A stretch of 64,000 nucleotides of DNA from Pocillopora damicornis (taxonomy: Eukaryota): contig NW_020843717.1 of the NCBI RefSeq assembly GCF_003704095.1, positions 124,001 through 188,000 of the forward strand, read 5' to 3'. Under the pieces are notes generated by a model. That model saw only the letters and a program-made list of their open reading frames with translations, was not told where the DNA came from and did no database searches. A program made the position numbers and the translations under genes. Shown here piece after piece: positions 38,156 to 59,897 of this stretch; position 1 is the stretch's first letter, and the number at the start of each line of letters is the position of its first letter.

Positions 38156-41100
38156 ATGCAAGGTAGCCTATCTACTTCGAACCGGCTTATCCGATCCAAG
38201 CGAGTCATACATAATTTTCCTGTTGAAATTTTGGAACCGGTCATCGTTGATTACCTTTTAGTGCAACCGGCGCTCTATGCAGTTACAATCGTCTGATGTC
38301 GCTGAGGATATTTCAGCCTGTGCAATGTTGTTTACCCTTTCCTGCAAAGCTAACGAACACGAAAACAATTTTGGCGTTTTTCGCTGAATTACCATCTCTT
38401 GGTCTGTTTATTCTTGTGTTACATGTTATTTTCAGCCAAATTTTTTTCGAGGGAAGCGTTGGAAGATTTGTTCTTAAAATATCTTTTCATTTTATTTTTC
38501 TCTTTTTTTTGTCAACGTTGCAGTTGAAACAAGATATTTTCAGTATATCGAGTGATTTCGCTGTGTGCAATCCTCGACGATGTTGGCGTAGACGAACAAT
38601 AGAATAATAGAATTTTAAAATTTGTCTTTTCAGAGAAGTAACATGAAGGCAGATGTACAAATTTTCTATGTCAACTCTCCATTTAAAAGATTTGGAATAA
38701 GTTTTCTCCATCAATTACATTCCATAAAGCAGCTTGTCTTAAACTAAAACGAAACTTTTTATTGCTTCATTAAAAAGAGAGGCATATTGGGTGTCATTGC
38801 GAGCATTTTAAGATGAAGACAGATGGATATTATTTACAAGTTATTTTTTGCACTAAAGAACGAGGCCAATATTTAGCCCAATTGCCTGAACAAGGCTGGC
38901 CAATAAAGAGAAATTGTTTTTAATCGACTTGTGTAGGCAGTTTTTTTATTGTCAGAAAGTATATTGTTATAATTTTTATTTTTATTATTGGGGCAGAATA
39001 GCGGGGAAATGAACCTAATTTTTGCCCATTTTTTTAGTCATGCAGATTATGGGAATAGCCTTAAATTGGTTCCTTGGGAAAATTGTTTTTTACAGGAAAA
39101 GACTTTCTGCAACGTTTCAAAAAAGCTTGTTTTAAGTGACCCTAAACTGTATCCATTTACCTGAAAAGCCATGTTATTTTCAGTGGCAACACTTGTAGAA
39201 TCCAACCAGACACGCGACCAAATGACTGAGTTTTGGAACAAACACTCCATGGCTCAAAGCGTTGAGGAAATGATGTTGGACAGTAAGGCAGAAACCTTGA
39301 CGCAGGATGAGCACCCAGAAGTCATGGGAATGCTGCCAAATATCAAAGGAAAAGATGTCCTGGAGCTGGGAGCAGGAATTGGGTAATTAATGAAAATATT
39401 TTCCAATAAGGTGTTGCTTTTTGTTATGTGGGCTGCATGTTTTTGTGCTTGAATTTAAATGAGTTTATCTTAATTCAGGCAGAAAATTAGGGTTAAATTT
39501 CTTAAACCCTTCAACTTTCTCAATTAATTATTATGCAACTTCTCCCTATAATATCCTACATTATCCAGCAACAGGAATTGAGAATACTTAAACTTATCTG
39601 CTGGAAATTATTATCTTGATTTAATGCCAAATTCTCACAACTAATTTATGATGAAATGTTTAGCAGCTAGAAGGGAGAATCAACAATCAGATCTGGAAAG
39701 TTAAAGGGTTACACTAGTTTGCTTTTTGTCTCTAGAAGTATGACCTACAGTGAATGTTTCCTTAAATATAATTGGTACTATATTTCCCTAAAGAACCACC
39801 AGGCACTTACTTAAAATTTTGACTTAAAAGAGGGTAACTTGTTGGAAGGAAGAGGCTTAATCAAGGGGACCACTAAGAAATTATTATTATTAATTATTAA
39901 GAAATTATTAACCTGTACTGATCACACTGTAGTTGAAGGTTAAATGGTTAAAAAAATAAATTGGCAATAGACGCAGGGTTTTCCATGTAGCCCTATTATA
40001 AGAAAGTGAGGGAGAAGGGGAGTGCTTGTGACCTCAGGGGTAGGCACTTAGTTAGGAGAAGGTGCCTATTGGAGGGTGGGTGCTTATTTAAGGAAATACC
40101 GTATTCAATCTCAGTGATATCAAATTTTCCTGTGTGCTGACAAAATGTTTGTGATCACTTTTCCAAAACACCAAACTTGAGCTTGTAAAATCTCCTCAGT
40201 TTTAATTTCTCTAAAAGACCACTTTATACAGGCAGCTGAATAGGCTTGGCATTTTGGGTGATTGCTAAAATAAAGTTTGACTATTAGTAAAGTCATCAAA
40301 AATTTTAGCACCTTGACAAACTTAGGGTATATAAAGCTTTCCTTTCTCATTGGATAGAAAAATTTGGGAACTTATACAGGCAATAGCCCTTCCCTTTAAA
40401 TTAACTTACTTACCTTTTCTTCTATATCAGGATTTTAATTGTGATTCATGTTGTGTTGTTATTGTTTCATCAAGTGTTGATCAGAGGAGCCTCTTGAAAA
40501 CCACCTGTCTGGTGATAGAGGCTATCCTCCGCGCCCTGCGCTGCACTCAGAGTCAGTATGTACTTGACTGTTTGCTGATGAAGGTAAATATGTCATGGTA
40601 CTGGTATCATCACATCCATGGTGATGGATATTATTTACTCTATGTTAAAAATCGTGCAATGATCTTATGATCTAGTATATGGGATTTTTACTAAAGCAAG
40701 ATTTCTTAGTTTTGACCAAATCTGTATAAATCATTTAACTTAGACATGCTATTATTATTAACTTCGGAATGTCAATTGATAAGGGTTCATATATTTAGAT
40801 TAAAAAATCTTTCAATTACAGTACTTTGGATGATTGTTACATCTGTAACCACATAACATTTTTTAAGAGATAAGTCAATTCCCTTGGATTGATTAAATAG
40901 ATTATTTAGTGAAACACAACACTAAGCAAACATATCATTTGTGGCATCTGTATTTACTGATTTGGAAATAATAATTGTGGCAATTTGGAACCATTTGGGT
41001 AGACATGGAAAACAACATGGAATATCCTTAAAGGAGAATTTTGTTGAGTGTACAGAGTAAAAGCACCAGATAAACTGATTGATGCATTATGAAAATATTC

Positions 41101-44100
41101 TCTTACAATATGTCACTATTATTGTGAAGAAACAGTCCCATAGTGTAACTGTTCCCATAGTCAGGCCACACTTGACTTGAAGCTGGATGCAACAGGTATG
41201 TCAAGACTGTGCCTTTTTTTGTTTCTTACCAGACGTTTTACTGGAGATATTGCACAGGAAGCTCGTCATGTTACTGCTGTTGATTTCATGCAGTCATTTA
41301 CTGACAAGAACAAGGAAGTGAATGGCGCTAAGTTCAACAACATTGACTTTGTTTGTGCTGATGTTACAAAGCTGGAATTGCCAAAAGGAAGGTAAATATC
41401 TCACAGTGAAACCATTTTATCAATATTTCCTCTGATGTTATTGAAAAGCATTATATAACAGTTGGAATTTTTACTGTCCAACTAAACTGGTGAACATCTA
41501 TGGAAATGGATTAAACAAGGTAGCCTTGAGTCAGACCTAAACACTTTACACCTTAACATCAGAATACATATTCTCCATACTGTTCTCTATACATTTCCTA
41601 AAAGGCCAAGAAGGAGAATTTTTTAATCATCAAGAGCTTCTCTCAGTGGTGATCATTTCCTTTATTCTTGTGACCCCAATGTTTGATTCAGGAGTGATGT
41701 GTTTTTTTCTGTGACTGGTTAAATACAGTAGGGTATTCTAAGGAACAGGGTTGAATATGAGCTCTGTATATATCTCTTTATTGCGCTTGCAGACAAAACA
41801 GTGCTGTTAGATATTTACATATTAATTGCATGTATACATCTTACTTCACAAGTTTGAGGTCTATACTGAAAGTTACAGACCAAGATTTGTCAGCAGACAA
41901 AACAAGGTTCTGTAACTTACAGTACAGACGGAAAAGGAGGTTAATAAGATACTTGGTATATCTCTGGGTGTAAATAGAGGGGGAGGGAACTGCTGAACTG
42001 ACCAATCATAGCACCTGTATTGACTGAGATATAATAAGATAGAGAAAAGAGCTTCTGAATAACCCAACTAACCTTCATGTTATCACCCTTTCTGTCGCAG
42101 CTATGATGTGATTTTCTCCAACTGGCTTCTGATGTACCTTTCTGATGAAGAACTTGAGAAGTTAGCTATGAACATGCTTCTGTGGCTACGAGATGGTGGC
42201 CACCTTTTTTTCCGGGAGTCTTGCTATCATTCCTCAGGGGACATGAAAAACTCAGAAAATCCCACAGTGTACAGGACTCCTCAAATGTACACAGAAGTCT
42301 TTTCTGCTGTCAAAGTGAAACTTCCTAATGGTAATTCCTCTTCCCTGGAAGTGGTGACCAAGCGTTCAGTGGAGGCATATGCAAAGGTAACCCCAGTCAG
42401 TAAATATGTTATGAAAGGGTACATACGAAATGTCTTTCTTTGACACCATTTATATGTCAAACAGTCAGTTCTACCCAAGTAATGGAGGGTGTACAATTTG
42501 GAAGTCACTTCTCCCTCAATTCCATAGTGAGGTTAACACACTAAAACTTACCAACACACTAAAACTTACCAACACACTAAAACTTGCAATAGATATCAGG
42601 GAATTCAGTTAAAATCAGAAATTGAAGAATTTTCCACCCACATGGCAGAATTTTCTGGTAAAATTCAATGGCCTCAGCTATTTCAATTTCAAACCTGCAG
42701 AGTGTTTTCCTGTTTTTATACTACTCTCTTGCTACCACATTTGTCTATGTAAACCCTGAATTACACCAGTTTGCCCCAGCCAGACCAACACTCAAAGTCG
42801 TAAAATAACTGAGGAGAATGTGCTACCTTTCTATAATGTCGAGAAATGGATAGACATTCTAGTCTTCTTGGATAAGGACGAATAAACCGTAGGTCCTGTC
42901 TCCTGCTTCTATTAATTAGTCAATTTGGTTAGGCAGGGAACATTAAAGAACCCACTCACGAGATTACTGTGATGTGGTCTGGCCTGTTTACTGGGAATGT
43001 GGGAGGGGGTCTGGCCTTGTCATTGTTAATGTGGGATCCACTGTAATTGGCTAAAGCTGTAGTGGTCTCCCTGCCTGAGATTATTGCGCAAAGCTAAATA
43101 AAAAATTTTAAAAATTGTTTAAAAAAATTTCTGTGGCAAGAAATGGTTAATATCAAATCTGCTATCCCTTTATTTGATGAAGAATGGTTGCATGTAGCAT
43201 TTTTAAGATTTTCTCAACAATTTACCAGTACCTATTTCCAATTCATGTTGGACAACGGCATAGAGATAGTCAACTTTCATTCCCAAGAATGCAGAATTAT
43301 AATCCTGTTCAGGCCTGCTCCTGATGTAGTGTAATATATTTTGCAGCACAAACAAAACAAGCACCAGTTTTCCTGGTTGTGGAAAAAGGTGATGTTAAAA
43401 AATGGAAGCAAAGGAAACATGCAGGAATTTCTTGACAACAATCAGTATAACAAGGCAGGGATCCTCATGTATGAAAGAGTGTTTGGAAAAGGCTTTGTGA
43501 GTCCTGGAGGGATGACAACAATGAAGGTGTGATGACATGCATTGAAATCGGAGGTTATATCTTCATTTTACAGGGTAGTAGCTTCTTGTAGCTGTGATCA
43601 AAACCTTGACAAATCTTTCATCCTTATCTCATTTTGTGTTTCAAGGAATTTGTTGGTCGACTGAATCTTCAGAAAGATCAGCACATCCTAGATTTGGGGT
43701 GTGGCATAGGTGGAAGTGCCTTCTACATTGCTAATGTGAGTACCAACTGAAGGATTTCTGATCAGTTATTCTTTTTGTAACAGTTTGTTGTACACTAAAT
43801 TAAAGGAATTGCCATGCACATCTGAGTCACAACTGTCCTATATCATGAAATTGTTTTGTTTCAGACATACCACGCTCATGTCCTTGGTATGGACCTGTCC
43901 ACAAACATGATCAACTTTGCTCTTAAAGCATATGAAAGTTCTAAAAGTAGCCAGGTGTGTGAAGAGAAGCAATGGTTTTTTTTTCTGCCAATCTTGAAAT
44001 CTTTTGTGTAACTTGGTCAAAGAATAATATTCATTTGCTGTATTGAAAAGGTCCAATTTGAAGTAAGTGATGCCTCAACAAGAGAGTTTCCTGCTGAAAG

Positions 44101-46151
44101 ATTTGATGCAGTATACAGCAGAGAGACCATTCTTCATATAAAGGACAAAAAAGCCCTTCTCAAGAAGATTCTGGTGAGACATACTTGGCTTATTTCTAGT
44201 AGTCCTTTATTCTGTTAAGGGAAACATCAATTATATTTCTTACATTAGTCTTTTGTATTACTGGGTAGTGTGGTATTGTAATAGGATATTTGTAAAAATC
44301 TAACCGTAATGTTAGTTACAAGGAATCAATAACATTGCATAATATATTTGGGATGTCTATAGCTCAGTGACCTTTTACATCATACTGAAAACAAGCCCCC
44401 TTGACTTAACTTTTTTTAGGTAAGCAACCAACCATTAATTTGGACATCATTTAAGCATTTACCTCTAAAGATCTGGTTAATAATTCTCCTTTCTTTTTTG
44501 TCATGCATTTTAAACAACTGAATGTAGATGAAAATGATTTCATATTAATGAGACACCCTCCAGCTGATAAGTTCCTATTCTCATCATCTGTTTGTTAAAT
44601 GATTTACTGGTGCTGCTAAGATAAAAATTAAGGGTTGGATGTCAATTACGAAATGTTTGATAGCTTGTTTCAGCTATTCAGTTAGTAAACAGAATGTAAC
44701 AGGTGGACAGAGAAGATATTGTAACCCATTTACCGACTGCACACCTGATGCAAGCCACAAAATTGATGGAAAATTGTACTGAGTGTAACTACAGGAAACA
44801 TCACATGCACCTTTTTTCAAGTCATTCATTCACAAAGACACAAAATGAAAATGCACAAAATGCATGCCTGATGCAAGCCACACAATTCATGGGAAATTGT
44901 AATGACTGTAACTACAGGAAACATCACATGCACCTTTTTTCAAGTCTTTCATTCACAAAGACACAAAATGATTGTTTTATTTCACAACAGAGTTGGCTCA
45001 AGCCTGGTGGACAGTTATTGATCACAGATTACTGTTGTAGTCGTGGTGAACACTCCGAGCTATTCAAAAAGTACCTGGCAGAACGCCAGTACCACTTAAT
45101 TGATGTTGAAAGCTATGGAAAGGTGAGTGTGTTCAGGTTTAGTGTAGCCAAAGTCTGGTTCTTAGTCAGCAAAAGAACAGATGAACAAAATAGCAGGGGA
45201 GTTGCAATAAATGAGAACCTCTTACATATGCTTTAATCCATTCACTGCTGGCACTGGAGACGTAAAATAACCTGGCCTCTCAAACTCAGAATAAGTTAGA
45301 TATATGAAAAAAAAAGGCAATATACTTTGGCACAGAACTTTTCGCTCTTCAACCCCAATTTTGGTATACTAGATTTAAGTTTCTATTGGTATGGCTGCGA
45401 GAAATTAATTCATCTTTTTCAAAACTTGATATTCTGTTTGAATCTTTGCACAGATGTTACGTGAAGTTGGATTTGAGGCAGTCACAGCTGAAGACAGAAC
45501 AACACAGTTTACACAGATTCTCGAGAGTGAACTGAAAAATTTTGAAAAGTCAAAGGAGGAGTTCATCAAGGTAATTTAATCGCTACTTTGTTTTTTTTTC
45601 CTACAAAAATCTTAGTTTGTTCAATGTTAAAATATTGAGAAAAGAAGGAGCTGGTATTTTGAAGGAGGTATTGCAAAATTTATTTAAAAAAAAAAATACA
45701 GCAGGACATGAAACTCTACCCTCGTAGTCTAGGGGTTTCAATAGCAGCTGGTTACCAGTGGTCATCCCTCACTTAGCAGACCTCTTACCACAATCTTTTT
45801 AGCCTGGGAGTAGGCTCTTTGTGTTCATGTTTCATCATGCGGCACCTTTTCAGGCATGGCAGACCATAACACCATTAGCAGCTGCTATGGAAAAAGTTAT
45901 TTAAACCTTTGCCCTGTTTGTCTTTCTCCTCAACCTCTCCATCAATACTACACTTTGAATTTTATGTTATTTATTTATTTATTTATTTATTTTATTTGCA
46001 TCTTATAACTTTGCTTATGCTTTCCATCCAGGACTTCTCAAGTGAAGACTACAGCTCTTTAGTGAATAGCTGGACGAACAAACTAACTAGATGTAGAGGT
46101 GGTGAACATACATGGGGAGTTTTTTATGCCAGGAAGCCAGTTACTTCATAA
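38156..46151 (+). CDS. PMT: Phosphoethanolamine N-methyltransferase, two tandem SAM-methyltransferase domains
   Basis: Tentative start micro-exon 38156-38162 (ATG CAA G, phase-compatible), then 39184-39382, 41233-41391, 42101-42386, 43347-43526, 43646-43735, 43865-43954, 44051-44173, 44991-45122, 45454-45570, 46032-46151. Motifs [71 protein letters not shown]. Confidence 0.93.
42534..42585 (+). repeat. 18-bp tandem repeat, about 3 copies
   Basis: AACACACTAAAACTTACC repeated. Confidence 0.85.
44744..44971 (+). repeat. Tandem duplication, two ~105-120-bp units, in a PMT intron
   Basis: CCTGATGCAAGCCACA..TGTAACTACAGGAAACATCACATGCACCTTTTTTCAAGTC..CACAAAGACACAAAATGA twice. Confidence 0.9.
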
Positions 46152-47436
46152 CTGAACAGATATGTTCATGCCAGCAACACAGTTGCTTCTGGATTGAGAT
46201 GTAGAGGATCCATAGCAGTCACCTCTAGCAACCTTAAATGAAACCATAATCTGTGTTCTGAGAATCATAGGAGTATCTAGGGGCCTCTCAATATTGGCCC
46301 ATTCAAGTGGGCTGGCTTTGCTCACATGACTCCACCTCACAATTCTGTTCATAGCAAAAATTTGGTTTGATTTGGTGGGTCAGCCCATCATTTTTCTCAT
46401 GATGATCTCTGAAGTGGGGCGAGAAAATTTCCACATGATTACTCCAGCGCTGTTTCAGTGTGGCTGGTGGCCCTATTGATGATTTACTTTTCTTCTTGTC
46501 GATCAAGTTGTAATTTTTGACATGAGTACTTTAAGAAGGCTTTAATTTCACCTTGATTATCCTATTCTGGCTGTTGGTCAGTGGAGACAAGTGTAATAGT
46601 GAAGTAGAAGTTGGGGGTAACTCCTAACACTGCAACAATTCTTTCTGTACTTTTTTTTTTTTTTTTTTTAATCTTCCTCAATTATAAAGAGTGTGTCACA
46701 GGCTAAACCTTGTTACACATAATTAAATTTTCTACATGAACAAGCATGGCCCAGTGATCAGGCTTGCGCAAGGAGGCCCCAGGATAAAGATGTTGGCAAA
46801 ACAAACTCCAGGTTTTCTGTCCACTTCTCTCAACAGCTGGTTTAGGGCTGATTACAGTGCTCTTAGCTGGATGTGGACCAACAAAAGTCACATATTTCAT
46901 AAGAAAGATTCTTAAATGAATGAAGAAACCTTTTTATGCATAACTACAAACAGAAGAGTAGTTTTACTGTAAATTGATAGACATAACGAGACAGATTTTC
47001 ATACGAAAAATAATTTTAAAAAGGTATATCCTATCGTCCGTATGACTTTATTATTGAGTTTATTTAATTAAAATTTGTGCTTCCTGTTTTTCTAATGGTG
47101 TTGTTTTGTTGTCATCATGAATAGATCATATGATTTCTTGAAAATGAAGGGAGAACCTTCAGGCAGCTGCGAGAATAGAAGCGTTCTTTCGCGTTGGTGC
47201 TCAAACCTTTCGATTTCAAACAGTGACTTGGCCTTCAAAACCCATGTGGGGGTTATTTTTGAAGTAATTTTTTCAGTATCATCGCCTAATACTAGTTGTT
47301 GTAAAGAAAAATAGCCCCTCTTTGTTTCTGTCCTTTGTCAAAAGACATAAACTGTTCCGAGAACCTGATAGCCCTCCAAGAGCCGAGCTCATCTAATCTT
47401 TTGAGCCCCAAGAGGATGATGCTCGTCATTATATAT

Positions 47437-47516
47437 GCATGTTTATTTTCAATTTTTTTATTGTTGAATAGGTCATGCATGTTTATTTTCAATTTTTTTT
47501 ATTGTTGAATAGGTCA
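47437..47516 (+). repeat. 40-bp tandem duplication
   Basis: GCATGTTTATTTTCAATTTTTTTATTGTTGAATAGGTCAT twice. Confidence 0.85.
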
Positions 47517-47776
47517 TAAAAAATAACTAATTCACATCTCTTCGAAACGTTCAGTTTGTTATACTGTTGCATCCTCCTTGCGCGATGTGTGGGTATGAGA
47601 ACGGTTAAGGGTGTCGACAATATTTCGCAGATCTATTTGACAGTAAGAAGCATAAATATTCCTCAGCCGGGACCTATTCACTTTCGTGATTCTTCTTGAC
47701 CAACCACAGACAATCTGATGATTGAGACCTCAATATTCACTTCCGTTTAAATCGCGTCGGTGAGAGAGTGTGACAA

Positions 47777-47949
47777 GGTAATTTGGTATTATCAACTGAG
47801 TTGATATCGTGAATTAATCACTGTTGAGTTTCAAAGCTGACTTTCAAGCGTTAGCCCTTCGTCGGAGCGAAAGACGAAGGGCTAGCGCTCGAGACTCTTA
47901 ACGGTGGCCAATTTTACGTTATCAACTCAAGTATAATAACTAAATTACC
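47777..47949. mobile_element. Inverted pair of Penelope-like terminal repeats
   Basis: GGTAATTTGGTATTATCAACTGAGTTGAT..GCGTTAGCCCTTCGTC / GACGAAGGGCTAGCGC..ATCAACTCA..AAATTACC; a single-arm copy lies at about 32785-32870. Confidence 0.55.
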
Positions 47950-48313
47950 TTAATTATAAGCGGTGCATGTGCTCACAACAATGTTAGGGATTTTCAAACC
48001 TTTGATCAAATCCCAAATTCTCTTATCAATTCAGAATGAGTACTCAGCTGTTTGTCGCTTAATTTTTCTTGCTTAAATTAAGGTAGTCGTTAATTGTTTG
48101 AACCATCTGATTGGTCCGCGATTTCTAATTATCACGTTCTTACGCTAAGGCGAGGCTCGTGTGAAAACCTCTTACATCACCACTGTGCATACCTTACTCC
48201 TTTTTAACATACAATGGATCATGTGAATTCATCAACGCAAGTGTAGTACGGGTCTTGTTCGGGTGCATATCTGACTTCTGACACTGTAAGCCACCACGTA
48301 GATCAAAAGAAAC

Positions 48314-57407
<9,094 letters not shown>

Positions 57408-57423
57408 TGGTGGAATTTTTCAG

Positions 57424-57530
57424 CAAATATATGTGAAGCAATACTCACTTCTAATATTTTATGCACGAGAAAATCAAATATATGTGAAGCAATACTCACT
57501 TCTAATATTTTATGCACGAGAAGATCAAAT
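57424..57530 (+). repeat. 51-bp tandem duplication in the lyase 3' UTR
   Basis: CAAATATATGTGAAGCAATACTCACTTCTAATATTTTATGCACGAGAA twice. Confidence 0.9.
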
Positions 57531-59897
57531 GATCTTATTATTTAACCTGCACTACTTCGAAAAAAGGACTTTAAGAATTGTAAAAGTCACCTTATAAGAG
57601 AGCGATAAGAAGGGGATTTCAATTACGTTTCAGAATTATTAAAGATAATAAATGTGATGTAGTTTTATGTCTCAAAACGTATTTCTTGTGAAGTGCTTTT
57701 CACTCTGAGATAACTGAGATACTACGAGCGTTCTGATTGGTTAAAAACTTATCGTTCATTGCACCAGTAAACCAATAGAAAATTATTTTATAAAAGCAAT
57801 CGACTGCACTCTCTATCAGTTTACCGGCGTGATCACCCCTGGGGGATGTTGGGAGAACACGAGAAAAGTCTCCCATCATGCACCTCACGTCGGTTATTAC
57901 GCCGGATAAACCTTTAGGAAGCGCATTCTATTGCTTAAAAAGGAGTCAGGTGTTAGTCTTAAAGTTTTAGAGGCGCCAATTTCCTACCCGCTGAAAACTA
58001 TCACTCGCATCGTGTTTTGAAACGCTTCCAAAAGTTTCTTTGTGAAGTTAATTCCCGGTTTTACGTTAACTTCCTCATTCTCTAAAGGCATTTTTAAAAT
58101 ATAGTCCAACATGTTTGCAAATTGCGTTGAAGCATGTCTACGTTTTCAAATGTTGATTGTGAATTGCATTCTTAATTTTGTCCCTCACTCTTTCCAACAT
58201 TTTCCCACACTCCCACCTTTGCTTGGAATTGGTAAAATTTCATTAATAGGGCCAAAGAATTAGAATGGACGACGTTTAAAGGGGGGCATAATTTTAACTC
58301 CTCCAGCCCCAATAAGCTTTCTGTCTAGAGGTAGATAACATGGTTGGGTTTTCGGGATTTAAGTCGACCGTATGCGACAAACTTACGACAAATTGTGATG
58401 ATGAATAAGTCAACTTTCAACCAACGACCGCTGTCCACTGGAGTCTCGTGCATAAATGTCACGTGTGGAGTTGTGCTGTACGTGCCTCCACACATAGAGG
58501 AGGCTTAGAAAAGGTCAGGCGAGTCCAAATCTTCCTCCTATATCTAGGTTGAGTTAAACAGTTGCCGCTGTAAAAGGAAATGAGTATTTTAATATTTTAT
58601 CCAAAATGCATCTTTTCTCTTTGGCAGACGTTTCACGTTTAACTGATCTGTGCTGTCTAATCCAAAAGCGTCATTTAAAAGTGAAGAGGTGGGCCTTAAG
58701 ACGGAGCAACCCCCAAAAAACATCGCCCAGCTCTTCCTTCCCAACCCCCCCCCCCTCCCCGAACAGATTCTTTTCTTAACAGTGGTATCCCATGAACACG
58801 AGTTTATTTATATCTTGGTATTCTTCTAATATACAAGTAAATCCTCACATCTACCTTTAAACCCGATTTCCGAAGTTATCTGGGGTCCAGTCTTTGATCT
58901 TTTCTAAAAAGAGGAAGAGAGCGGGCTCATTCCCCAAACAGGCGCTTGTAATCGGGTCTAGTAACTTGTAGGCTTAAGGAACTTGAGTGTGACTTCATTA
59001 AAGGATTGCGTCAAAAGTCTCACTTACCTGTAAAAAGAGAGCGCAACAGTAATTATAAACCTTTTAAAACGTGATAAAATGTTGCTTTACCTCATTCCCA
59101 CACACAGTTTACTCGAGTTCCCTCTTAATCACTCTTCAAAAATTCTTCCCATGTGAAAATTAATCACTAAAATGCGAACTGTGAGACGTGAAGTGCTAGC
59201 AAGCTTTGAAAAGCTCTTGGGTTCGTAATCCCCTGATTGCAATTACTAATGGCAAAGGTCAACTGTGAGACACGAAGTCTAAACAAACCATGTGATGCCT
59301 TTAGGCGCCTGGTGCCACTTTTAAGAAAGTTTCGCCTGATGACTCCTGTTTCGACCAACCTGCTAAAGAATTTAGAACCCCGTGTTTCAGTTGAACTTTA
59401 CACGGTTTTGGTACCGCGCGTTCATCAAATGCGACATTACTGAACGATCTAATATAAGTAAAGGATATCCCTCAAACATACGGGTTCTGTAATGTTGTTT
59501 TAACCCGTTATTGTTAGGAAAGATGGTCTTCTAAATTATTTACATATTGCTTACTTAGTATTTAACACGTAATAAACCTTGGAGTCACATCCGTGGGTGA
59601 CGAACAAAGGGAAAAGGAACTCGAGTGAGGTGAGATACAAATGTAAATATTGCAAACGAACCTGACAAAAAATATGTTATTGTGTACCAATTTCGTGACA
59701 GCTTCGTCAAGTTGTGTTAGGAAAAGTTAACACTAATTTCAGAGTAGTGTAGTAGTAACAGTGAACAAAAAATTGAATCAATTGTTATAGAAGGACGATC
59801 ATTTTTTCAGTCACGTTTTAGCGAATAAGATAAAAAAGTAAATAATGCTAAAAAAATTTGTTTTTCCTTTTTCTAGAATTAAAGTCCAGATTTCATC

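Noticed and set aside
44703-44990. N-terminal Cys/His-rich repeat part of the 177-aa ORF ([12 protein letters not shown])
   Set aside because: An open frame through an intronic tandem duplication; the real PMT exon starts at the acceptor at 44991.
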